Made by a program: the position numbers and the translations under genes
Assembly: GCA_036918135.1 (NCBI GenBank)
Contig: JBALDB010000032.1
Location: 96,001-160,000 of the forward strand
Direction of reading: 5' to 3'
Source: Nostoc sp.
GTDB lineage: Bacteria > Cyanobacteriota > Cyanobacteriia > Cyanobacteriales > Nostocaceae
DNA: 64,000 nt
In this document: positions 21,801-31,600 of the stretch, piece after piece
How positions within the stretch are numbered: the stretch's first letter is position 1
Layout: every line of letters begins with the position of its first letter
Notes under the pieces: model-generated
What the model was told of the DNA's origin: nothing
Databases searched by the model: none
What the model saw: only the letters and a program-made list of their open reading frames with translations

Positions 21801-21893
21801 TTACAGAAGTTGGGAACATTTGCTTCAGATTTAAATCATTACGAACGTAAACTTTTAGACCGTTTGCTCTCAGAGTATAATCCTCTGAATTAA
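18837..21893 (+). CDS. Divergent tubulin-like paralog lacking GTP-binding loops, with coiled coil and two TM helices
   Basis: Colinear similarity to 16050..18806 (AYALLRELD/AYGALKEIE; PPFDNCWLMD/PPFDAVFLID; KVRGKIPAYSAFGYAELFYP/KVRGRNINYCSFGFATLTLP; FPDLIPEE/FPNLIPLE); hydrophobic pair around aa 566-624. Confidence 0.8.
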   Translation: MPKPTILIALDPHSAAFCAAIKRQLQEFPVAQSCLIQTYTLTWDGQAFGFSPELDRFADPSFDLAQTHSKQAYLSKIRTQFTEGASKLQTALIDVIKGGTQSKEAQAAKRQGVEISSSHQIYLMLSVSNHFSRAVVFELVRLMRWLFTKYFTDIPHSLEALLLLPGLFAEATTADYSAAYALLRELDYKMTSGVAIGASHKAPPFDNCWLMDERIGGLRDNLLSYADAFAGFLTVEPESNSLLIGTQKVRGKIPAYSAFGYAELFYPGETAINRLSAALAADIVMEQFLPKAEFTLEANRKSLLDAKEFVLSEDFSNAFLQLERDNGKPVWQDFNPRMEIRAGMSQEYGMELQRAYRQFENKELLSYKRTLENCCKQVQTALTTFLDRSINRYVDATPRGLHEGVRLLNILTYLYLELQTDSIGDRSRNLVTELRAAEAFLDSRLQVIIDKETTQNLFNQVFSLKLRRQQLQDALAEGNSQELLQEIQAIQEQLETAIAEYRQALNAEIEQARQIRPQAIARAREQAQAAINVAQNHLTAIENQLETATDNLNELLAEENRFRSQYLVIYPTLVTVGLFALLILTGIFSQSTLWVFLQQIWANLISYLLWIAVTILTYLGIVWLKYSTNIRDRIQKVQKQIQRLESSLKATAVELRRSYNEQLKLEYDLYAQNLRVEALNHLIKIAKQKFESLRQTLSNFSEVYNNLVAQRNQATTYFSEIKLTVFTDTDIDAYYQSFLTKLPTEKFTQEQVSRSQSWKISAEEFQNKLMCFARQQFEKLHNLSIGEVLKQSDLITPSTATLRLNQLYDRANLLLRLQDIDANLNPTSQREMTLWVGAKDKEQIFGLYSRLSRSLTALLAEDEQRLSILTTSLGFPAYFLSQIEFYRDCYERTQGEQIEQEEFFPDLIPEEIGSSRELKLAYQTLLLAIALGILSQNAQGSYQFNSQLLGRERQQIALALATEFAFQEIHAQIKERIEVFEPDLIYQKLQKLGTFASDLNHYERKLLDRLLSEYNPLN

Positions 21894-22154
21894 AATTAAA
21901 TTCCTTTATTCTAACTTGCCAGAAAATCTCTAATTAAATATTTTTTACATAATTTCTACGTCTAAATACATGAGTTTACTTAATATTCAAGCTATCTGAC
22001 TCAAGCTTTATACTTCCACGCATTTAAAAAGTAAATTTCATGAGAGATTAACATAACTATTTATTCGCCCGACGTATCCTCCCTTCGTAGGAAAGTCGTT
22101 ATAATTATTTTCCATCCCTCTCTGAAACCAAATTCTCATCTACACACTATTTAT

Positions 22155-22349
22155 ATGGGACGTGCCCGTTCTAAATCTGACCTACCTACAAAAATCTGTC
22201 CGGTATGTCAACGTCCTTTTACATGGCGTAAAAAGTGGCAAGATTGCTGGGAAGATGTGAAATACTGCTCAGAACGTTGTCGTCGTCGCCGTTCTGAAGC
22301 TCAAAATGAAACTAACCGCAACACAGACGCAAATAGCGCAAAGGATTAA
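22155..22349 (+). CDS. DUF2256-family small Cys-rich protein
   Basis: [19 protein letters not shown]...VKYCSERC signature. Confidence 0.9.
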   Translation: MGRARSKSDLPTKICPVCQRPFTWRKKWQDCWEDVKYCSERCRRRRSEAQNETNRNTDANSAKD

Positions 22350-23302
22350 TGGAGTCACAGGTGCAACCTAAATTAATTATTCATGGCGGGGCTGGTAGTT
22401 CTCTCCACGGTAAAGGAGGATTGGAAGCGGTACGTCGATCGCTTCATACGGTTGTAGAACAAGTCTATTCTTTACTATTGTGCGGAAAAACTGCCTCTGA
22501 GGCGGTAGTACAGGGTTGCCAAATGCTGGAAGATAACCCCCGCTTTAATGCTGGTACTGGTTCAGTGCTGCAATCTGATGGGCAAATCCGCATGAGTGCT
22601 TCGTTAATGGATGGCACATTAGGGCGATTTAGTGGTGTAATTAATATTTCGCGGGTAAAAAATCCCATCGACTTGGCACAATTTTTACAAAGTTCGCCAG
22701 ACCGAGTACTATCAGATTTCGGCTCGGCTGAATTAGCGCGAGAAATGCAAATTCCTACCTATAATGCTTTAACTGATTTGCGATTGCAAGAGTGGATACA
22801 AGAACGTGAGGATAATTTTAAAAGTGTGATGGCTAATGTGATTGCAGAACCCGAACTGGCAGAAACCAGTAATGCTGGACGGGGTACCATTGGGGTGGTA
22901 GCTTTAGATGCCTATGGCGGGCTAAGCGCTGGGACTTCTACTGGTGGAAAAGGCTTTGAGCGAATTGGGCGGGTAAGTGATTCTGCGATGCCAGCAGGCA
23001 ATTATGCTACTAAAGAAGCGGGAGTTAGTTGTACTGGTATTGGGGAAGATATTATTGATGAGTGTTTAGCAGCCAGGATTGTGGTACGTGTTGCTGATGG
23101 TATGTCCCTCAAAGATGCTATGCAGCGCTCCTTGACAGAAGCGTACCAGAATAAACGGGATTTAGGAGCGATCGCCTTAGATGTTAATGGAGCGATCGCT
23201 TGGGGTAAAACCAGCGAAATCTTACTGGCCGCTTACCACGATGGCGACAAAATTGGTGACACCTTGGAATGGACTGGCAATGAACTAATAGGGTATTGCT
23301 GA
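22349..23302 (+). CDS. iaaA: Isoaspartyl peptidase / plant-type L-asparaginase (Ntn hydrolase)
   Basis: IIHGGAG, FNAGTGS, G-TIGVVALD autocleavage Thr, STGG, GRVSDS, TGIGE; start overlaps the upstream stop (TAATG). Confidence 0.92.
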   Translation: MESQVQPKLIIHGGAGSSLHGKGGLEAVRRSLHTVVEQVYSLLLCGKTASEAVVQGCQMLEDNPRFNAGTGSVLQSDGQIRMSASLMDGTLGRFSGVINISRVKNPIDLAQFLQSSPDRVLSDFGSAELAREMQIPTYNALTDLRLQEWIQEREDNFKSVMANVIAEPELAETSNAGRGTIGVVALDAYGGLSAGTSTGGKGFERIGRVSDSAMPAGNYATKEAGVSCTGIGEDIIDECLAARIVVRVADGMSLKDAMQRSLTEAYQNKRDLGAIALDVNGAIAWGKTSEILLAAYHDGDKIGDTLEWTGNELIGYC

Positions 23303-23561
23303 AAGAATGGGGGGTGTTGAATGTTGACTGTTGACTGTTAAGTAAAGGCGAAGACGTTCTCTGGTGAGGAGTTATTATTCTTCTGTGTGTACCCTCCGCT
23401 CCCCATCTGTTTATCTCCCAGTGCCTATTTTAAAGACAGACAGTGACACGACAAATCGGACAACTAGGGCAAAAAATACTTCTTTCGCCGTCATCAGTCA
23501 TCAGTCAACAGTCAGCTTTATTTTCAAGACAGGAATCAGCGATCGCAAATATTCGCCAAGT

Positions 23562-26204
23562 CTACGTCACAATTTGTGTGACTGAGATTTTTATTGGCAC
23601 TTTTTTACTGAAAGATAGACCGTTTTCACTTTTGTCAATGAAAATCGTGTCTCCAGAGATAAAAGTATTTTCCAGTAACTTAGTAGCGAGAGGGTTTTCG
23701 ACTTCTCGCTGAATTGCTCGTTTGAGTGGACGAGCGCCGTAAACTGGGTCATAACCTGCTTCTACCAGGTAATCACAGGCAGATGGGGAGATTTCAAAGA
23801 AGATTTTTTGATCGCGGAGCAGATTTTCTACGCGTTTGAGTTGAATCCGGATGATATGCCGCATTTCTGAACGGCTGAGGGTATGGAAGAGAATTAAATC
23901 GTCAATGCGGTTGAGAAATTCTGGACGAAAATGCGATCGCAAGGCATCCATTACCCGTTGACGCATGGTTTCATATTTGGACTCATCACTAGATATATCT
24001 AATATATGTTCGCTGCCTATGTTACTAGTCATAACGATGACGGTGTTGCGAAAATCTACTATTCTCCCTTGAGAATCAGTAATTCTACCATCATCTAGAA
24101 CTTGTAACAAAATATTAAACACATCTGGATGTGCCTTTTCCACTTCATCCAGCAGTACCACCGAGTAGGGACGACGGCGAATCGCCTCGGAAAGTTGACC
24201 GCCTTCTTCGTAACCGATATATCCTGGAGGCGCTCCCACTAATCGAGAGACAGAGTGTTTTTCCATATACTCGGACATATCCAAGCGCACCAATGCATCA
24301 TCAGAATCAAAGAGAAACTGAGCTAAAGCACGCGCAAGTTCGGTTTTACCCACACCTGTAGGCCCCATGAACAAAAATGAACCAATGGGACGCGAAGGGT
24401 CTTTCATTCCCGCACGGGCGCGGCGAATTGCGGCTGCTACTGCTGCTACAGCTTCTTCTTGCCCAATGACTCGTTGGTGCAAATGACTTTCTAGTTGCAG
24501 TAATTTTTGTCGTTCCGATTCCAATAAGCGATTGACAGGAATTCCTGTCCATTTGGCGACGATTTCGGCAATATCGGCTTCGGTGACTTGTTCTCGCAGC
24601 AAAGTGGAACCTTGACTTTGAATTTCTAAAAGTTTGGTTTCTTTGGCTTCGCGATCGCGTTGTACTCCTTCCAATTTCCCATACTTCAATTGGGCGGCTT
24701 TATTCAGGTCATAAGCACGTTCTGCCTGTTCGATTTGCACTCGCAGCGCATCTTCTTCTTTCTTTAAGCTACTTATCGCCTCTAATAGCTGCTTTTCACC
24801 TTGCCATTGATCGTTAAATATGTGCTGTTTTTGAGTCAAATTGGTGATTTCTTGCTCAATTCGCTGTAAACGTTCCCTTGTTTGGGAAGTACCCTTTTCT
24901 TCGCCAGCTAATGAGAGCTTTTCCATTTCTAACTGCATAAGGCGGCGGTCGATGGTTTCCAATTCCGTTGGTTTGGAGGTAATCTCCATTTTCAACTGTG
25001 CTGCTGCCTCATCTACTAAGTCAATAGCTTTATCTGGCAAAAAGCGATCGCTAATATAACGCGCTGACAAAGTTGCTGCTGCTACCAAAGCCGAATCAGA
25101 AATTTTCACATTGTGATGAACTTCATAGCGCTCTTTCAATCCCCGGAGAATGGAAATAGTATTTTCCACACTTGGCTGATCGACAAATACTTGCTGAAAA
25201 CGGCGTTCTAGCGCGGCGTCTTTCTCAATGTGTTTGCGGAATTCATCTAAGGTAGTAGCGCCAATGCAACGCAGTTCTCCCCGCGCCAGCATCGGTTTGA
25301 GTAAATTTCCTGCATCCATCGCTCCTTGTTGATTGGAACCTGTGCCGACTACGGTGTGCAATTCGTCAATAAATAGAACGATTTGCCCGTTAGATTCCAT
25401 CACTTCCCGAAGAACAGATTTCAAGCGGTCTTCAAATTCACCCCGGTATTTAGCCCCAGCAATCAAACTGCCCATATCTAAAGAGATTAGCTGGCGATTT
25501 TTCAGCGATTCGGGAACATCACCGTTGACCATCCGCTGGGCTAACGCTTCGGCGATCGCAGTTTTACCTACTCCAGGTTCGCCAATCAATACTGGATTAT
25601 TTTTGCTGCGGCGGGACAATACCTGGATTACCCGGCGAATTTCGTCATCCCGTCCAATCACCGGGTCTAGTTTTCCAGATTTTGCCTGTTCTGTCAAGTC
25701 CCTGCCAAATTTTTGTAAAGCCTCATAACGGGATTCTGGATTTTGATCTGTGACTTTTTGGCTACCGCGAATAGTTTTGATTGTAGCTTCCAGCTTAGCT
25801 GCATCGGCATTAAAGCTTTTGAGTATCCGCCGTCCAACACGTTCATCTTCAGCAAATGCCAGTAGAATGTGTTCCACAGAGATGTAGGAATCTTTCATCC
25901 TGGCTCTAATTTCTTCGGCTTGGTCTAGTAAAACATCTAAACTACGACTAAGGTAAAGCTGATCGCTTTTGCCAACTTTTGGCTGACGTTGGGTAAAAGC
26001 TTCTAGTTGCTGTTGCAAGCGGATTGGATCGACTTCAGACCGAGCCAGAATACGTATTGCTAAACTAGTAGGTTCTTCTAACAGGGCAATTATTAAATGT
26101 TCAACATCTAATTGCTGTTGTTGATAAGCACGGACTATATCCTGAGATTTTACAATCGCTTCCCAGGCTTTATCTGTAAATTTATTCGGATCTGTAGGTT
26201 GCAT
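23562..26204 (-). CDS. clpB: ATP-dependent chaperone ClpB
   Basis: Two AAA+ modules ([16 protein letters not shown]), KYRGEFE pore loop, middle coiled-coil domain. Confidence 0.97.
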   Translation of the reverse strand: MQPTDPNKFTDKAWEAIVKSQDIVRAYQQQQLDVEHLIIALLEEPTSLAIRILARSEVDPIRLQQQLEAFTQRQPKVGKSDQLYLSRSLDVLLDQAEEIRARMKDSYISVEHILLAFAEDERVGRRILKSFNADAAKLEATIKTIRGSQKVTDQNPESRYEALQKFGRDLTEQAKSGKLDPVIGRDDEIRRVIQVLSRRSKNNPVLIGEPGVGKTAIAEALAQRMVNGDVPESLKNRQLISLDMGSLIAGAKYRGEFEDRLKSVLREVMESNGQIVLFIDELHTVVGTGSNQQGAMDAGNLLKPMLARGELRCIGATTLDEFRKHIEKDAALERRFQQVFVDQPSVENTISILRGLKERYEVHHNVKISDSALVAAATLSARYISDRFLPDKAIDLVDEAAAQLKMEITSKPTELETIDRRLMQLEMEKLSLAGEEKGTSQTRERLQRIEQEITNLTQKQHIFNDQWQGEKQLLEAISSLKKEEDALRVQIEQAERAYDLNKAAQLKYGKLEGVQRDREAKETKLLEIQSQGSTLLREQVTEADIAEIVAKWTGIPVNRLLESERQKLLQLESHLHQRVIGQEEAVAAVAAAIRRARAGMKDPSRPIGSFLFMGPTGVGKTELARALAQFLFDSDDALVRLDMSEYMEKHSVSRLVGAPPGYIGYEEGGQLSEAIRRRPYSVVLLDEVEKAHPDVFNILLQVLDDGRITDSQGRIVDFRNTVIVMTSNIGSEHILDISSDESKYETMRQRVMDALRSHFRPEFLNRIDDLILFHTLSRSEMRHIIRIQLKRVENLLRDQKIFFEISPSACDYLVEAGYDPVYGARPLKRAIQREVENPLATKLLENTFISGDTIFIDKSENGLSFSKKVPIKISVTQIVT

Positions 26205-26428
26205 CTTTAAAATTTTCGATTTGAGATTTTTAGTTTAAGGCTTGGGGAGTGCTGAGTTAAGAGCAAAGCCGGAGACTGTGAAAGCTTTGGTTAGGTAGTG
26301 CTGAGTTAGGAGTTATTCTCTCCCTACTTCCCCTGTTCTCTCGTCTCCCAGTCCCCAGTTCCTACCTATTCCTTAATTTAAAACGAAAACATGCTGATGA
26401 GCGTAGTTTGCCAGATGTTGCTATTAGA

Positions 26429-26457
26429 GCGATGTCTACGACGGGCTACACCTACGC
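26429..26457. mobile_element. SDR5-like 21-nt small dispersed repeat inserted in a HIP1 octamer
   Basis: GCGAT + GTCTACGACGGGCTACACCTA (21 nt, 26434-26454) + CGC. Confidence 0.8.
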
Positions 26458-26504
26458 TATTGGTGTTACTCATCAACGAGTAATATAGATTTTTACTTTT
26501 AGAG

Positions 26505-26939
26505 TTACTGACTTACAAGTTGCTCTTTTGATTCGTGTTTGATTGCTGACCCTTGAGTTCCCAACTGAATCAGTTCAATTTTATACCCGTCTGGATCTTC
26601 TACAAAAGCAATTACTGTCGAACCATGTTTCATCGTTCCTGGTTCTCGGACGATTTTACCGCCCTGATTGCGGATTTCTTCACATTTAGTATAAATATCA
26701 TCAACTCCAAGAGCAATGTGACCGTAGGCATTACCCAATTCGTACTTTTCTACTCCCCAGTTGTAGGTTAGTTCTATCACCGTGTTATCACTTTCATCAC
26801 CATAGCCTATAAAAGCTAGGGTAAATTCTCCTCCTGGATAATCTTTTCGCCGCAGTAATTTCATACCCAGAACTTCACAATAAAATTTTAATGACTCTTC
26901 AAGGTTGCCCACTCGCAGCATTGTATGTAGTAATCGCAT
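26505..26939 (-). CDS. gloA: Lactoylglutathione lyase (glyoxalase I)
   Basis: [36 protein letters not shown]. Confidence 0.97.
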   Translation of the reverse strand: MRLLHTMLRVGNLEESLKFYCEVLGMKLLRRKDYPGGEFTLAFIGYGDESDNTVIELTYNWGVEKYELGNAYGHIALGVDDIYTKCEEIRNQGGKIVREPGTMKHGSTVIAFVEDPDGYKIELIQLGTQGSAIKHESKEQLVSQ

Positions 26940-27235
26940 ATTGACCTTTGCTAACTTCCTTAATTCTTATATTTTATATCTCACGAGCCTTTTCCACATA
27001 AGCTGCGTTCAACTATACTTTTAAATACTCAATTATTGGTAATTCTAGCATTGGTATTTTATTGATAATTATTAACTAGAAAAGTTTAATAATAAAAAAC
27101 TAAATGTTCTTCAAATATTCATATATTTGATTTTTGGAATATTAGAGTTGTAAATAACTGCTTATCAAGTCAAAAATTAATTTAAAAATATCTTTTCATT
27201 CACTATTGTAGTTGGAGCAACCGACTAAAATAGGT

Positions 27236-27461
27236 GAGAGTTACTTAATAAAAAATATCCTAACGTTCACAGTCAAAGGTCATCAGTCATTAATCATCAA
27301 CTTCAAAGTGGATAATTTATTTGTTGATAAAAATTTCTTTTCCATACTCCCCATTCCCTAATGACTTCCTTTCTATAAAATATCCCACTGTTGACAATCA
27401 ACACTCAACACTCATCAGTCATCAACTTCAAAGGAGATAATTTATTTCTTGAAATTCCCCT
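27236..27461. repeat. Two adjacent degenerate MITE-like elements (AAAATATCC...GATAATTTATTT ends)
   Basis: TCATCAACTTCAAAG..GATAATTTATTT occurs near 27295 and 27419; a similar end lies near 39610-39655 and an inverted relative at 28380-28544. Confidence 0.5.
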
Positions 27462-27593
27462 ATTTTCAAGGTAGGTTTATTATTCTCCTGTTTGCCCCTT
27501 GTACCCCATGCCCATTGTTTAAAGAATTTTCTTGACAGAAGTAACGCCAGAGCCACGTGCGATCGCTACAATCTTAAAGATAAGCAATACTCA

Positions 27594-28292
27594 ATGGTGC
27601 AGCAGATGCTCAAGCGGCTAGTTCAATGGCTCAAAAAACTTTTTCAGAGCTTGTTTGGTAGAAAACAGACTGCCTCAAAAGTTAGAGGGAATGTGCAAAA
27701 AGAACCAGCACCACCTCTAAGTGATACAGACCTGGAATTTCTCTTCAACGAACTGTTGCAAGGAGTTCATCAAGCCAGAGGAGAAGCTTGGGCACGGAAG
27801 TGGCTGGATAATATTGAACATCGCATTCCATCTGAACGCTGGGTTGAGTGGTTGAGGCGCTTTGGTGAAAGATTGCTAGCATCACCCACACCTAATAATG
27901 AAATGGCTGCCCGATTGGTGGAGCTGGGTGATCTGGGCATCGGAGAAATTACAGATGTTGCTTATAGTATTGGGATGCAGTTGCTAACACGCAATCAAGG
28001 CGAACCAATTTGGGAATATGAAGGCCCAGATGCTATGATTACAACTTTGCCACCTCCAGCAAACATCACAACATCTGAGGAACTAGACGGCAAAGAGAAC
28101 CTACCAGAGGGAGAATATCAAACTGTTACCCTAGAAGAACTGTTTGTAATGTTGCAAGAGGATGAAAATTTACGTCAACAGATTGCCCAGCAATTGGCTG
28201 TTGATAGCGACGACCCACAAGTTCTTGTGCAGGCATTAATTAGTCAATTATATCCTGCGGGTCAATCGATTCCAGACCAAACAGAAAATTAA
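27594..28292 (+). CDS. Hypothetical protein paralogous to the N-terminal region of the downstream TPR-CHAT protein
   Basis: ORF track 27492..28292; start placed at ATG 27594 by alignment with the 28695 protein; DLEFLFNELLQGVHQARG vs DLEQLFIQLLEGVHQARG. Confidence 0.8.
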   Translation: MVQQMLKRLVQWLKKLFQSLFGRKQTASKVRGNVQKEPAPPLSDTDLEFLFNELLQGVHQARGEAWARKWLDNIEHRIPSERWVEWLRRFGERLLASPTPNNEMAARLVELGDLGIGEITDVAYSIGMQLLTRNQGEPIWEYEGPDAMITTLPPPANITTSEELDGKENLPEGEYQTVTLEELFVMLQEDENLRQQIAQQLAVDSDDPQVLVQALISQLYPAGQSIPDQTEN

Positions 28293-28379
28293 CTACTTAG
28301 CAAATAAAAAAATTATCTTCCTCAGAAAAATTGGCATGGTAGTATCTGGTCTAGTAAAACTCCAAGGTTGAATCTTATA

Positions 28380-28544
28380 AAGGAACTTTAAGAAATAAAA
28401 ACCACCACTTGAAGTTGCTGACTAATGAACGCCAGTTGCTACCCTGCGGGTTCCGTGTTAGCGGTACAAATCGGTAGAGCCGCAAGAGCGCACTGGCTTC
28501 TGTTGAGTGTAAGCAGCGCGATATTTTTTATTTGGAAGTCGCTT
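28380..28544. mobile_element. MITE-like element containing a nested GC-rich palindromic repeat (28429-28498)
   Basis: Ends AAGGAACTTTAAGAAATAAAA / TTTTTATTTGGAAGTCGCTT; internal ACGCCAGTTGCT...GCGCACTGGCT inverted repeat. Confidence 0.55.
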
Positions 28545-28694
28545 ATTATAGCGTTATAATGCTGGAATCTTCAACTTTTGTGTATTTTTTGCTAGCCTAC
28601 CCTAAAAACACTGTACGGATATAATGGGTTTTTACGTAATTCATGACTTTTTTAACACAACGATGGCTACAATCTAGAAAAACAAAATCCAAGA

Positions 28695-31600
28695 GTGTGG
28701 CAGATGCTCAGGCGGATATCACAGTCGCTTAAAAGGTTTTTAAAGCGCCTCATTAAAAGTAAGCAGACTCGTTCTCTCAAGGATACAAGAGGACACAATT
28801 TGGTAGAGGTACTACCAGAACTAACTAATGCCGATCTGGAACAATTGTTTATCCAATTGTTGGAAGGCGTGCATCAAGCACGAGGACGACAGTGGGCATT
28901 GAGGTATCTGCAACGAATCGAAAATCGCATTTCGGCTGAACGTTGGATAGCTTGGTTGGTGATGTTTGGTGAAACCTTGCTAGCTTCACCTACACCGAAT
29001 CAGCAGTTAGCAACACAGATGGTGCAACTAGGAGAACTTGGTATCGGCAGAATTGGAGATCTTGCCTATGAAATTGGCATACGGCTGATGCAAAACTTAC
29101 CCACACAGATAGAAACAGAAATACACTATGAGGACGACAGGGCGCAAGATGTCATAGAAACTACTCCTGGGCAAGAATTGATCCGCGAATTAGGCGAACA
29201 GTTATGGGAGTATGAAGACCCAGATGTCCTAGAAACTACTCCTGGGCAAGAATTGATCCGCGAATTAGGCGAACAGTTATGGGAGTATGAAGACCCAGAT
29301 GTCCTAGAAACTACAACCGATGACGAAATTCTACCAACTTCGCCTGGGCAAGAATTGATCCGCAATTTAGGCGAACAGTTATGGGAGTATGATGAACCAG
29401 ATGCCCAAACAATAACGCCAGCACCGGAAGTCTCTGTAGAAGAAATATTTAGCCAAGACTCAGAGGAAGTGATATTTGAGTATCAAGAAGAAGATGCCGA
29501 AAGCACAATACCTACACTTCCTCTCCCCCCAGCAAAAGATTCAATCACTACATTAACTCAGCTGAGGTGGGATGATGAAGAGGAAGATACTCAAACTCAA
29601 ACACGAGCAAATCTACTTTCGACTAGCCAAAGGACTGAATTAGCAACAACTGATTCAGACCAAACCTGGAATAGCAGTTTGGCGAACTTAGAGCCAAATG
29701 TCGCAAATACTTTAGATGAACTGTGGGTGAGGTTGGATCAAAGTAGCAATTTAGTCCAGCAACTTGCTTCTAACTTAGCAGTTCAAAGCAGCAATTCCTC
29801 AAGTATTATTGAGCGATATGGCAACGAGCCGATTACCGAAGCTCAAGTGTGGTTTTACCAAGGTCTTGGGCAAGCGAAAACAGGTGATTTATTAGGTGCG
29901 ATCGCATCTTACGACCAAGCCATTGAACTGCAACCGGAATTCTCAGAATATTGGTTTAATCGCGGCTTGACCCTGTTTCATTTAGAACGTTTTCAAGAAG
30001 CAATTGCATCTTACGAAACAGCCATCGAACTCAAACCCGATTTTTACAAAGCTTGGTACAACCGGGGTGGAACTCTGGGAGAATTAGGATATTTTGAAGA
30101 AGCGATCGCCTCTTTTGATAAAGCCATCGAAATCAAGCCAGACTACCAAGAGGCTTGGTCTAGTAAAGGTTTAGCACTGCTGAAGTTAGGCTGGCTACGG
30201 GAAGCAATTTCTAGTTACGACCAAGCCCTCGATCTGCAACCACAAGACCAAGAAAATTGGTATCACCGGGGCATAGCACTAGCCGTAGGCGAACAATTTG
30301 AAGAAGCGATTGCATCTTATGACAGGGCGCTAGAAATTGACCCAGACTACCATGAAGTGTGGATAGATCGGGGTGTAGTGTTGTTTAATTTAGGACGCTG
30401 GTCACAAGCCATCTCCTCTTGGGACAAAGCACTTTCAGTTCAAGCCGACTTTTATTTAGCTTGGTACAACCGGGGTGTGGCGTTAGATAATTTAGGACGC
30501 CGCGAAGAAGCCATCGCTTCCTATCGGCAAGCGATCGCCATCAAACCCGACTTCCATTTAGCTTGGTATAATCAGGCAGTAGCATTGTTTTATTTAGAAC
30601 AATTTGCCGAAGCGATCGCTTGTTATGACAACGCTTTGCAAATAAAACAAGATTACTGGGAAGCTTGGATTGGTCGTGGTACCGCTGTTGGCAATTTAGT
30701 AGATCCACAGCCATTACTGAATTTGTCAAGTAGTATCACAGCGAACAATTCTGACTTACAACAGATAGGCTACGAGGGGAAATTAGCTAGCTTCGAGGAA
30801 GGATTAAAACATCTGCGTACAGATACCCACCCAGAAGGTTGGGGTAGATTGCATCTGGCGATCGCTAACGCCTACTACGATCGAGGTAAGAAACAGCCTA
30901 ATCCTCGTGATTATTGGCGTAAAGCTGCATCTGAGTACCATCAAGCGTTGTTAACTCTCACCTTAGAATATTTTCCTCACTTACATTTAGAAGTTTTGCA
31001 ATCCCTAAGCAAAGTATTGATGGGTTTGGGACAAACAACACAACTTCAAGAATTACTGCAACGAGGTAGATATTTATTGCAACAATTATTAAGTGAAGAA
31101 ACTCGCTCTGAAGAAAGTAAAAAACAGTTAGCCCTGAAATTTGTAGGCTTTGAGCAACTAGCAGTTGATTTAGCGGTAGATTATGGTGATGTGGTAGAAG
31201 CTTGGGAAATTGCCGAACAAGGCAAAAATGCTTGCTTAAATTGGCTGCTATTTGGTTGGAATAATGATATTTATTCACCCCATTATCACACAATTCAGGA
31301 ACTATTTAATCCCACAACAGCAATTATTTACTGGCATATTAGTCCAGTTGCCCTACACACCTTCATTCTCAAATACCAAGCGCCATCACCGATTCTACTT
31401 TTTACACCTATACAAGATGTTGGGGCAATAACTTTAGGAGAAGAGGCTATCCGTCTCAATGAATTACCCCTACCTGAAGCAGTACGACGCCTGATTGAAT
31501 TTGAAAATTGGCTAGAAGATTGGCATCAACAATATCAAGAATATCGTACCACGGCTCAAGATAAAGAAAGTAAAATTCAGCATTCTTGGCGAGTGGATAT

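Noticed and set aside
23364..23712. Short plus-strand ORFs (73 and 89 aa) downstream of iaaA
   Set aside because: Built from STRR-type repeats and antisense overlap with clpB; no recognisable motifs
29148..29403. 75-bp repeats as a possible CRISPR array
   Set aside because: In-frame coding repeats without unique spacers; no cas genes in the window
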